Source: a virus
Taxonomy: Duplodnaviria; Caudoviricetes
Length of the DNA stretch: 46,103 bases
Direction: 5' to 3' (one strand)
Virus record (IMG/VR): IMGVR_UViG_3300044852_000034
Coordinates: 1-46,103 of that record
Of the stretch, positions 34,862 to 43,413 are shown one piece after another (position 1 is the first letter of the stretch; the number at the start of each line of letters is the position of its first letter). Under the pieces are notes generated by a model that saw only the letters and a program-made list of their open reading frames with translations, ran no database searches and was not told where the DNA came from. The position numbers and the translations under genes were made by a program.

Positions 34862-35338
34862 TTAGGGAAGTTTCCCGTCATTGTGTTTCTTGACAATGTT
34901 GTTGAGAGCTACGCGCGTCATCCCCGTTGCCGTCTCCAACTCAGGCCAGGTAACGCCGGCCTCACGAGCTTGGATAATCCATTCATGCCTGACGGCCAGG
35001 TCCATGCGGAGTTGCTCCAGGTTCCGTACTGCAGCGGCGCCGCGCTCACGTGCACGTAGATCAACAGTCGCCGGTTTCATGTCTTGCATGAAGTCGCCCC
35101 ATGTCATCCGCCCATTAGCGTCGAACCATTCACGCGCGTCTTCCGTGATGAGGGTAGCCCAATGGTGCCAGGGGCCGGCGAATATGTCTTCTGCCCGCTT
35201 TCCCTTAGCCCTTGCTGCATCGGTTAGGACATTGCCGCCGCGGCAATGGTTCCCGAGTTGCTCCAGTGAGTTGTCACGGTAGGACTCCCAGGTCTGACGC
35301 AGGTCTGCCATCTCAGCGCTTGTTATACGTTTGCTCAT
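34862..35338 (-). CDS. Regulator with C-terminal HTH
   Basis: AREAGVTWPELETATGMTRVALNNIVK. Confidence 0.7.
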   Translation of the reverse strand: MSKRITSAEMADLRQTWESYRDNSLEQLGNHCRGGNVLTDAARAKGKRAEDIFAGPWHHWATLITEDAREWFDANGRMTWGDFMQDMKPATVDLRARERGAAAVRNLEQLRMDLAVRHEWIIQAREAGVTWPELETATGMTRVALNNIVKKHNDGKLP

Positions 35339-35373
35339 GTATAGATTCTATACCCTTTCGCATGTAAAGCCAA
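35339..35373 (-). promoter_or_regulatory. Leaderless promoter TTGGCT-17-TAGAAT with palindrome GTATAGATTCTATAC over the -10
   Basis: -10 lies 6 nt from the ATG; 6-bp arms GTATAG/CTATAC. Confidence 0.65.
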
Positions 35374-35470
35374 CTCGAAACACTCACACCTGAAGCGAAA
35401 CAAAGTGCACGACGCCAGCTGTGCAGTGAGCGAACGAGTGCCGGCCGGCGAACGAGCTGCAAGCCACCTG

Positions 35471-35525
35471 ACCCCGGGGGGCGCCCCCCTTCCGCGCACC
35501 CCACAGGGACGCGCCCGGGAGGGCC
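35471..35525. other. Candidate cos/genome-end region (CGCCCGGGA at 35512-35520)
   Basis: GC-rich tract upstream of terS in an HNH-encoding phage; resembles 3'-overhang contexts of actinophages (from memory). Confidence 0.35.
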
Positions 35526-35568
35526 GAAAAACCGCAAGTGAGTTCAAAGGGTCGATGACCCCCTGATT

Positions 35569-35584
35569 TTCGAACACGTGTTCG
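35569..35584. promoter_or_regulatory. LexA SOS box
   Basis: TCGAAC-ACGT-GTTCGA fits the actinobacterial consensus TCGAAC-N4-GTTCGA. Confidence 0.75.
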
Positions 35585-35658
35585 ATCTTTTGCCTCGAGG
35601 TTCGGGGCGCCCGGATGGAGTGATTCCAGCGGGATTCTGTCTGAGGAAGTGATTTCTG

Positions 35659-36201
35659 ATGGCGCGTGGTGGAGCTAGGGCCCGTAGCGGGCCGCAGCCG
35701 GACTTGGAAGCGTTTGCCCGGGAGTTCGATAAGGGCGATTGGGTGTTGTTGCCGGCGCAGTGGGATTATCCTGCGCCGGATTGGCCGTTGACGTCGTCCT
35801 TCGGCATGACTGTGGGCAAGGGCGAGGACGCAGACTTCATCCAGTTGCATGACCGGGAGATGTACTTCTGGAACAACCTCTGGTCCCAGGGCCAAGCCCC
35901 TATGTGGCTCATCAACAAGCAGATTATGAACGTGGCGTTGTACTGCCGGGCGTTTGCGATGGCTGAGGCGTCTTTGGCCCCGTCATCGTCTGGGCTGCTG
36001 GGAGAGCTTCGGCAGGCCCGTGAGGACCTTGGGCTGTCCACGGCGGGTCTTTCCCGGAACAAGTGGCGCTTCGCCACGCAGAACGAGGTTTCCGTGGCAA
36101 CCGCGGAGAAGGCGGCCGGCGCGACCCCGAAGGGGACCCGGAAGAAGCCGGACAACGTGACTGATTTGTTCGCTGGGGTGACTGTCCGTGCTGGCACATG
36201 A
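35659..36201 (+). CDS. terS: Terminase small subunit
   Basis: MARGGARARSGP.PD, W...W..GQA..W, ELRQ...LGLS.AG..RN.W. Confidence 0.85.
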   Translation: MARGGARARSGPQPDLEAFAREFDKGDWVLLPAQWDYPAPDWPLTSSFGMTVGKGEDADFIQLHDREMYFWNNLWSQGQAPMWLINKQIMNVALYCRAFAMAEASLAPSSSGLLGELRQAREDLGLSTAGLSRNKWRFATQNEVSVATAEKAAGATPKGTRKKPDNVTDLFAGVTVRAGT

Positions 36202-37813
36202 GGGAACGATCCCGCAGGTGACGCTTGGCCGGCTGGCGGCGTCGTGGATGCACGCGCACCTGGTCATCCCGGATGGCGACATGGCCGGGCAGCCGTTCCG
36301 GCCGACGCTGGACCACATCGTCTACCTGTGCAACTTCTACGAGGTCCGGCCGACTGCCAAGCCTGGCGAGCGGAACGTGGCGTTCCGGTATCGCACGGCG
36401 TTGTGGATGGCCGCGCAGAAGGTTGGCAAGTCTCCTGGCATCGCCGCTGAGGCGTGCTTCGAGTTCGTGGGCCCCGCGGTGTTCGATGGCTTCGCCACAT
36501 TCGGGGAGACGTACCGTTGCCGGGATCATGGCTGCCCTTGCGGGTGGGAGTACGAGTTCGCTGCGGGTGAGCCGAAGGGCCGGCCGTGGAGCACTCCCCG
36601 GATCCAGATCGCGGCTGTTGTGGAGGACCAGGTGGAGAACACCTGGGGTGCTCTGGTGCCGATGATTGACAACGGGCCGCTGGCGAACCTGCTGCGGACT
36701 GGTGAGGCGTTCATCAAGCACCCGAACAAGAACCGCGATTCGCGCATTGAGACTGTGACGTCGAAGGCTGACGGCCGGCTTGGTGCGCGTATCTCCCGCG
36801 GCCTGTGTGACGAGATTGGCCTTTGGACTGACTCGAACAAGATGAAGAAGTTTTGGCGGACCCTGGCGCGTGGCGCCGCGGGTATGGGCGGCCGGCTGGG
36901 TAACTCGACCAACTGCTATGACCCCGCGGAGGATTCGCAGGCTCAGGCGTTGTACGAGTCCCGGCAGAAGGACGTCTACAAGCACTACTACCCGCCGCCG
37001 ACGTCGTTGGACTTCCGGTTGAAGGCTGACCGGAAGAAAATCTTCGCGTTCAACTACCGCTTCTCGCCGTGGGTGGACATCCGTTCGATCGAGTCTGAGG
37101 CTGCGTCCGTGATGGAGCAGAACCCGGCTGAGGCCGAGCGCTTCTTCGGGAACCGTATCGTGGCCGGCTCGAGGACTTGGCTGCAGTCGGCGCAGTGGGC
37201 GGACCGCAAGGCGTCGTTCACGGTGAAGCCGCGCACGAAGGTCTGTGCAGGGTTCGACGGTTCGGAGACGAACGACATCACGGGCATCCGGTTGGAGACG
37301 CTGGACTTCCAGCAGTTCACCCCGAAGTACTTCAACGGGACCCGGGAGACGATCTGGGACCCGCGGGAGTTCGACGGCCGTGTGCCGCGCCCTGAGATTC
37401 ACCGGGCGTGGGAGGACATCAACAACCAGTTCGAGATTGTCCGCGCCTACTGTGACCCGTTCAAGTTTGAGACTGAGCTTGACGAGTGGAAGGCCGAGTA
37501 CGGGGAGACGGTCTTCTTCGAGTGGCGGACGAACCGTATCTCGCAGATGCACGCCAGCCTCGAGCGGATGAAGACGGACATCATCGAGCCGGATTCCAAG
37601 TTCTGCCATGACGGGTGCGAGACGACGGCCATTCACATGCGGAACGCGGTGGAGCGGGCCCGGCCCGGCCAGAAGTACATCCTGGGCAAGGCCACGGAAA
37701 TGCAGAAGATCGACCTTGCCATGTCGTCCGTGCTCGCGCACGAGGCGGCGGCAGACGCGGTAGCCAACGGCGACCGGAACATCATCGACACCACAACATA
37801 CGCCTGGTTCTAG
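36188..37813 (+). CDS. terL: Terminase large subunit
   Basis: Walker A-like AQKVGKS, Walker B LCDE, nuclease GFDGS..ND, KIDLAM. Confidence 0.92.
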   Translation: MLAHEGTIPQVTLGRLAASWMHAHLVIPDGDMAGQPFRPTLDHIVYLCNFYEVRPTAKPGERNVAFRYRTALWMAAQKVGKSPGIAAEACFEFVGPAVFDGFATFGETYRCRDHGCPCGWEYEFAAGEPKGRPWSTPRIQIAAVVEDQVENTWGALVPMIDNGPLANLLRTGEAFIKHPNKNRDSRIETVTSKADGRLGARISRGLCDEIGLWTDSNKMKKFWRTLARGAAGMGGRLGNSTNCYDPAEDSQAQALYESRQKDVYKHYYPPPTSLDFRLKADRKKIFAFNYRFSPWVDIRSIESEAASVMEQNPAEAERFFGNRIVAGSRTWLQSAQWADRKASFTVKPRTKVCAGFDGSETNDITGIRLETLDFQQFTPKYFNGTRETIWDPREFDGRVPRPEIHRAWEDINNQFEIVRAYCDPFKFETELDEWKAEYGETVFFEWRTNRISQMHASLERMKTDIIEPDSKFCHDGCETTAIHMRNAVERARPGQKYILGKATEMQKIDLAMSSVLAHEAAADAVANGDRNIIDTTTYAWF

Positions 37814-37832
37814 GCGGGATTGGAGACGGACT

Positions 37833-39374
37833 ATGGACGCAACCGAGGCGCTGCGTCTTGTGAACCGGATCCATTCGCGGATCCTGGGACGCCGGGCGGA
37901 AATTGAGAAGAACGAGCGGTACTACTTGGGGGATCAGAACCTCACGTATGCGACGGCTGAGTGGTTGAAGGCGAACGCTGCCCGGTACTCGCAGTTCTCG
38001 GACAACTGGTGCGCCCCGGTGTCGAACGCGATCGGGGAGCGCATCGAGGTCACCGGCCTCAAGTTTCGGGACAACGCGACGTCGGCAAACGACTTGTGGG
38101 ATGACTGGCTCCGCAATGAGATGGAGATGCAGTCTTCGCAGGGCTTCTTGACGTCGTTCAACACGAAGCGGTCTTTCGTGATCGTGTGGGGCTCCGAGGA
38201 CGACGTGCCTGTGGTGTCGTGGGAGCACCCGTCGCACGTGGAGATTGAGTACGAGTGGGGGATGCTGGGCCGGCGCCGGAAGGCCGCGTTGAAGACGTGG
38301 GTGGATGAGACGACCGAGTTCGCCACGCTCTACACCCCGGACTGGGTGTTCAAGTACCACCGGAAGCTTGGCCGCGGCATGAACGACCGTGTGGCGCAGT
38401 CGGAGCAGGCGCAGGGCGATTACACGTCGGGCGGCTGGGAACCGATCGACGTCAAGGTGTCTGGCGACAATGTGTGGCCGTTGCCGAACCCGCTGGGCGT
38501 TGTCCCGGTGGTGGAGGTCCCGAACCGCCCGATCCTGGGCGGCGAGCCGGTGTCCGAGGTAGCGCAGGTCATCCCGCTGCAGGACGCCATCAACATCCTG
38601 TGGGCCTACGCCATGTACGCCGGGGACTACGCCTCGATGCCGGCGCGTGTGCTGCTGAACGTGAACCCTCCCATGCGGAAGGTGCTCGACAACACCGGCA
38701 AGCACATCGGTGACGCCCCGGTGACGATGAAGGAGCTCAACGAGTCCCGGTTCGCTGTGTTCAACGGCGGCGCCGGGTCGAAGGACGCGAAGATCGACTC
38801 GTGGCCGGCCGCGAAGCTTGACGTCTTCACCGACGTCATTGAGCTCGCTGTGGGGCACATCGCCGCGCAGACCCGAACACCGCCGCACTACCTTGTGTCG
38901 AACAAGGGCCTGTCGAACCTGGCCGCTGACGCGCTCAAGGCGGCGGAAATTGGTCTGGTCAAGAAGGCGCAGGAGTTCCAGAAGTTCGCCACGCCGGCCA
39001 TCCGGGAGGTTTTCCGGCTCATGGCGCTGGTGAAGAACGAGTCGGCGCAGGCCGAGCAGGTCCGGTTGGCTACGATCGCGTGGCAGAACCCGGAAATGCG
39101 GTCTGAGGCGCAGATGTCCGACGCTCTGGTGAAGAAGAAGACGATCGGCTACCCGCGGCGCTACCTCATGGAGCTCGACGGCGTATCTCCCACGGAGATT
39201 GACCGTATCGAAGAAATGATCGCCAAAGAGGAACAGGCGGCGCAGGACGCGGCACTGATGGGGGCGCAGCATTTTGACCAGTCTGGCGGAAATAGCCTCT
39301 CAGCATCAGATGGACCGGCTGCTGCTAGCCAACCAGGTAGCGCTCCGGGTGGGCAGGCTGTGGCGGCAGGTTGA
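37833..39374 (+). CDS. Portal protein (SPP1 gp6-like)
   Basis: YYLGDQ, NWC..V, NPLGVVPVVE.PN, QDAIN, TPPHYL. Confidence 0.93.
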   Translation: MDATEALRLVNRIHSRILGRRAEIEKNERYYLGDQNLTYATAEWLKANAARYSQFSDNWCAPVSNAIGERIEVTGLKFRDNATSANDLWDDWLRNEMEMQSSQGFLTSFNTKRSFVIVWGSEDDVPVVSWEHPSHVEIEYEWGMLGRRRKAALKTWVDETTEFATLYTPDWVFKYHRKLGRGMNDRVAQSEQAQGDYTSGGWEPIDVKVSGDNVWPLPNPLGVVPVVEVPNRPILGGEPVSEVAQVIPLQDAINILWAYAMYAGDYASMPARVLLNVNPPMRKVLDNTGKHIGDAPVTMKELNESRFAVFNGGAGSKDAKIDSWPAAKLDVFTDVIELAVGHIAAQTRTPPHYLVSNKGLSNLAADALKAAEIGLVKKAQEFQKFATPAIREVFRLMALVKNESAQAEQVRLATIAWQNPEMRSEAQMSDALVKKKTIGYPRRYLMELDGVSPTEIDRIEEMIAKEEQAAQDAALMGAQHFDQSGGNSLSASDGPAAASQPGSAPGGQAVAAG

Positions 39375-40311
39375 TTATTCGAACCTAGCGGCGTCTGTGG
39401 CGTCCCTGGCGCCCGCTCTGCTGCAAATGCTTGTGGGTGCCCAAGAAGCGGCTGCGGGGCAGTCTGGCGGCTACATGGCGGCTGTGGATGACCATTACGG
39501 GGTTGAGTCCACGGCCGCCATTCACCCGGAGGCGTTTGCCGGCATGACAGATGACGGTGTGGGGCTGGATTCTGCGGTGCTGTACTCGTCGCAGGTCATG
39601 TTCGATCAGATCAGCCGCGGCGTCGGCCCGGACCAGGTGCTTTCGGCCGGCAAGAATTTCGTGACGCAGATCGGCCGGACGGCTGTGATGGACTCTGGCC
39701 GTGAGGCTGACCGGGTGCAGATGTTCGCCCGGCCGCAGTACAAGCGTTGGGTGCGGCAGATCGGGCCCGGTGCTTGTTCGCGGTGTATCCAGTTAGCGGG
39801 TATCGCGTCGTGGCAGAAGGCGTTTGCCCGGCACCCGAACTGCCACTGCATCGCTGTCCCTGCTGCGGAGTCCTTTGATGGGGCGATCGAGACATCCCCG
39901 CGGGCGTATTTCGATCAACTCTCACGGGCCGAGCAGGACCGGCGCTTCACGAAGGCTGGCGCGGAGGTCATCCGCGAGGGCGCTGACATTTCCCGCGTGG
40001 TGAACGCGCGCCGTGGTGCTTTGGGGATCAAGTACGGGCCCCGGGTCTTGCCTGGCACGGTTCCGCGGGATCTTGGCAGCGTCGGCCGGACGATCCAAGC
40101 GCGGAACATCGGCACCCAAGAGCATCCGATCCACGTCTACGAGACGGTGGAGCTCACCGGCAAGCGTGCGCGGCGGCAGTTCTCTTACGGGACGCTGGAC
40201 CGGCGCTTGCCGAAGGGGACGCGCCTGATGCCCGAGACGATCGTGAAGATTGCCCGGGGCGACCGCGCCCGGCTGATTGATTTGCTCAACCATTACGGCT
40301 ACTTGGTCTAG
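39274..40311 (+). CDS. Minor capsid / MuF-like head morphogenesis protein
   Basis: ACSRC..LAG and RHPNCHC motifs; follows portal. Confidence 0.8.
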   Translation: MTSLAEIASQHQMDRLLLANQVALRVGRLWRQVDYSNLAASVASLAPALLQMLVGAQEAAAGQSGGYMAAVDDHYGVESTAAIHPEAFAGMTDDGVGLDSAVLYSSQVMFDQISRGVGPDQVLSAGKNFVTQIGRTAVMDSGREADRVQMFARPQYKRWVRQIGPGACSRCIQLAGIASWQKAFARHPNCHCIAVPAAESFDGAIETSPRAYFDQLSRAEQDRRFTKAGAEVIREGADISRVVNARRGALGIKYGPRVLPGTVPRDLGSVGRTIQARNIGTQEHPIHVYETVELTGKRARRQFSYGTLDRRLPKGTRLMPETIVKIARGDRARLIDLLNHYGYLV

Positions 40312-40319
40312 GAGGACCC

Positions 40320-40643
40320 ATGTCACAGGCACTCGCAATTGGGCGCATCGTCCACTACACGCTCAGCGAACATGACGCTGAACTCATCAACAAGCGCCGC
40401 AAGGACGCCAAGAATCTGAATGCTGCGGGCGTGACTCTGGCGAGTCAGAACCTTGGCGCACAGATCCACATCGGTAACGACGTCAAGGCCGGGGAGCAGT
40501 ACCCGGCGACAATCGTCCGGGTCTTTGAAGCCGCGAAGTCGGCCAACCTCCGGGTATGGCTGGACGGAAACGATGACCTGTGGGCTTGCTCTGTGAGCGA
40601 AGGCGAGGGCGGCCGTCACTGGAACTGGCCCCCGCGCGTCTAG
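40320..40643 (+). CDS. Hypothetical protein
   Basis: AGGAGG RBS; IGRIVHY...PA.IVRV...W.WPPRV phage motif. Confidence 0.75.
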   Translation: MSQALAIGRIVHYTLSEHDAELINKRRKDAKNLNAAGVTLASQNLGAQIHIGNDVKAGEQYPATIVRVFEAAKSANLRVWLDGNDDLWACSVSEGEGGRHWNWPPRV

Positions 40644-40721
40644 CGAAAGCTTCGGAGTGGATGAGCCGATGACCTCCACGCATAAGTGAATAGCCCACCG
40701 GAACATGAGCCGGTGGGCGCT

Positions 40722-40794
40722 GGCAGTAGAAGAGCCAAGGAGACAGGGCTGACTGTAAATCGGTCCACGGCAGGTTCGATTCCTGCTGCTGCCA
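40722..40794 (+). tRNA. Non-canonical tRNA-Tyr(GTA)-like element, possibly a pseudo-tRNA
   Basis: Acceptor GGCAGTA/TGCTGCC-A, anticodon arm GCTGA-CTGTAAA-TCGGT, T arm GCAGG-TTCGATT-CCTGC; D arm unpaired; no CCA. Confidence 0.6.
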
Positions 40795-40935
40795 CTGGCG
40801 GGGAACGCGAATCGACACACAAGCCATCGAGCAAGCGCGATCCAGCAAGTACCCGCCCACCTTTTCCCGTCCCTGTTGGGGCGGGTATCGCGGCGTGATG
40901 CCGCAATGTCCCACCCAACTAGGAGTGATTCCGCA

Positions 40936-41595
40936 ATGCCTGACATCGAGAACGAAAACCCGACCGGCCCCGACGCGGGCGCCGGCCAGGAACAGCAGAG
41001 CGGCGTGACGCCCGAAGCTGCAAGCACCGAGGGCTCCACTGCTGGTGAACAGCAGCAGGAACCGACCCCGCCGACCGCCGAGGACATCGCCAACCTGAAA
41101 GCCGCGCTCGCCAAAGAGCGTTCGGCCAACAAGCTGACGGCCAAGGAGCTCGCAACCCTAAAGGCTGAGCGTGACGCTCAGAACAAGACCCCCGAAGAAC
41201 AAGCACTGGAAGCGGCACGCCGCGACGGTGAGACTGCCGCCACGCAGCGGGCCAACGAGCGACTGGTGAAAGCCGAGCTCAAGTCCGCGGCTAAGGGCAA
41301 GCTCAACAACGTGGCCGACGCCCTGGTGTTCATCGACGTGTCTTCCATCGAGGTAGGCGACGACGGCGAGGTTGACACCGCAGCCCTTGACACCGCCATT
41401 GCAAACCTTCTCACCGAGCGGCCGTACCTCGCCGCCGCGGAGCAGAAGCGTTTCCAAGGCAACGCAGATCAGGGCGATACCAAGTCTGGCGCCCCGAAGC
41501 AGTTGACCCGGGCCGACCTTGCTGGCATGAGCCCCGCAGCCATTCTGGCCGCGGAAGCGAACGGCCAGTTGAAGTCGCTCTACAAAACCACCTAA
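40936..41595 (+). CDS. Scaffolding protein
   Basis: AGGAG RBS; acidic N-terminus, coiled coil, L...PYLA. Confidence 0.88.
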   Translation: MPDIENENPTGPDAGAGQEQQSGVTPEAASTEGSTAGEQQQEPTPPTAEDIANLKAALAKERSANKLTAKELATLKAERDAQNKTPEEQALEAARRDGETAATQRANERLVKAELKSAAKGKLNNVADALVFIDVSSIEVGDDGEVDTAALDTAIANLLTERPYLAAAEQKRFQGNADQGDTKSGAPKQLTRADLAGMSPAAILAAEANGQLKSLYKTT

Positions 41596-41611
41596 GAAAG
41601 GGTGACCCCCA

Positions 41612-42463
41612 ATGGCTATCGCCAATTTCATTCCCGAAGTCTGGTCCGCGAAACTCACCGTCGCGCTTGAGAAGTCCCTCGTTTACGGTGCCGCTGGCGT
41701 CGTCAACCGGAACTACGAAGGCGAAATCTCCAACTTCGGTGACACCGTCCACATCACCAACCTGGTGGACCCGACCATCGCCAACTACACCGCGCACACG
41801 GACATCACCGTGGAAGACGTCGATGACATGGACACCGTGCTCATCATCAACCAGTCGAAGTACTTCGCTTTCGAGGTTGACGACGTCGAGAAGCGCCAGG
41901 CGCGCGGCGACGTCATGAACGAGCAGGCACGCCGCGCCGGCTACCTCCTCAAGGACGCCACGGACAAGTACATCGCCGGCCTGATGGCCTCCGGCGTGGA
42001 CTCCGGCAACCTAATCGCGGAAGCCACCATCTCGACCGGCACCAACAAGGCCTACGAGACGCTGGTGAACCTGGGCGTCCGTCTGGACGAGGACAACGTG
42101 CCGTCCGACAACCGCTGGGTTGTCGTCACCCCGGCATTCCACGGCCTGCTGCTGCAGGACCAGCGCTTCATCGCCGCGGGTGACGCTCAGGGCGCCGAGG
42201 TCCGCACCAACGGTCACGTCGGCCGCGCTGCGGGCTTCGCGATCAAGGTGTCCAACAACGCCCCTGACGGCCCCGGTGCCGGCGCTGGCAAGCTCATCAT
42301 CGCCGGTTACGACGGTGCTGTGACGTTTGCGGAGCAGATCGCCAAGACCGAGGCTGACCGGATGGAGAAGCGCTTCGCTGACATGGTGAAGGGCCTCCAC
42401 CTGTACGGCGGCAAGGTCATCCGGCCGACCGGCCTGGCTGCTGCTGACGTCATCGTTGCCTAA
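41612..42463 (+). CDS. Major capsid protein
   Basis: FIPEVWSA.L...L, NRNYEGEI..GDTVHI, GLHLYG.KV.RP. Confidence 0.93.
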   Translation: MAIANFIPEVWSAKLTVALEKSLVYGAAGVVNRNYEGEISNFGDTVHITNLVDPTIANYTAHTDITVEDVDDMDTVLIINQSKYFAFEVDDVEKRQARGDVMNEQARRAGYLLKDATDKYIAGLMASGVDSGNLIAEATISTGTNKAYETLVNLGVRLDEDNVPSDNRWVVVTPAFHGLLLQDQRFIAAGDAQGAEVRTNGHVGRAAGFAIKVSNNAPDGPGAGAGKLIIAGYDGAVTFAEQIAKTEADRMEKRFADMVKGLHLYGGKVIRPTGLAAADVIVA

Positions 42464-42467
42464 CTAG

Positions 42468-42500
42468 GTGCCATATGGCCCGGTTCGCTCCACATGGGGC
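42468..42500. promoter_or_regulatory. Paired operator-like sites GTGCCATATGGCCC and GCTCCACATGGGGC after the capsid gene
   Basis: 42468-42481 (1 mismatch) and 42487-42500, 19 bp apart. Confidence 0.7.
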
Positions 42501-42543
42501 GGGCCGGGCCACTCTTACCCGAACACATGGAAGGTGGACTCCA

Positions 42544-42834
42544 ATGTCCAAGGTTTACATCGAGGGCCCGAACGGGCTTGTCATCGGTTTCGACAAGGAA
42601 ACGGCTGAGGGCCTGCTGCGTCACCCGGACATCAAGAAGGCCGCCGCGCCCGTGGCGCCCGAGCCTGAGACTCCCGAGTCCGACGAGGCTCCCCAGGATG
42701 AAGCGCCCGCCGCGCCGGCCGGGAACGCCTCCAAGGAGGACTGGTACGCCTACGCGCTTGCCAACGGCAAGACCAGCGCCGACCTCGAAGGCCTGGGCCA
42801 GCGCGAAATCCGCGCACTGTTCACCGAAGCCTAG
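42544..42834 (+). CDS. Small virion-associated protein (copy of 19-309)
   Basis: Identical translation. Confidence 0.75.
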   Translation: MSKVYIEGPNGLVIGFDKETAEGLLRHPDIKKAAAPVAPEPETPESDEAPQDEAPAAPAGNASKEDWYAYALANGKTSADLEGLGQREIRALFTEA

Positions 42835-42843
42835 GAGGCACTG

Positions 42844-43413
42844 ATGGTTGCTTTCGCCACGCCCGCGAACCTGGGCGACCGCATGAAGCGGGAGTTCACA
42901 GTGGATGAGCAGGCATGGGTGGCGACTCTCTTGGAGGATGCCGCCGCTTACCTGCGGGGAGTGATGGGAGCACACGTCTACCCGGTGAGCACGGCCACGT
43001 ACACGGCCTACCCGATGGGCGGCCGGGCCGAGATGCCACAGCCTTACGTTGTGTCGATCGGCCCGGTTGTCCTCACGGACTCCCCCACGACTCCGGTGAA
43101 CTTTGTCCGGTTCGAGGACGGCATCTACCTGTACTCGGACGACATCGTGGACATCACGTTCACCTACGGCCTTGCTGAGGCTCCCGCGGACCTTGTGGGG
43201 CTGAACTGCGCGATTGTGTCCGGGCAGATCGGACTCATTGAACAGGACCTTGGGCTGCAGATCGGTGGCCTGTCGTCTGTGGCTCTGGATGACTTCAAGA
43301 TCGCGTTCGCTGACGGCGGCGCCGGGACCGGGCTGTCCCTCCCGGATCCGCAGTTGCGGTATCTGCGGGAGACCTACGGCAAGTCCGGCTGGGTTGTTGG
43401 GAGTGCACCGTGA
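42844..43413 (+). CDS. Head-to-tail adaptor (copy)
   Basis: Identical translation to 319-888. Confidence 0.75.
   Translation: MVAFATPANLGDRMKREFTVDEQAWVATLLEDAAAYLRGVMGAHVYPVSTATYTAYPMGGRAEMPQPYVVSIGPVVLTDSPTTPVNFVRFEDGIYLYSDDIVDITFTYGLAEAPADLVGLNCAIVSGQIGLIEQDLGLQIGGLSSVALDDFKIAFADGGAGTGLSLPDPQLRYLRETYGKSGWVVGSAP

Noticed and set aside
15525-42500. CRISPR array or REP elements formed by the palindrome
   Set aside because: Copies are 14 bp, dispersed, have no regular spacers, and there are no cas or transposase genes.
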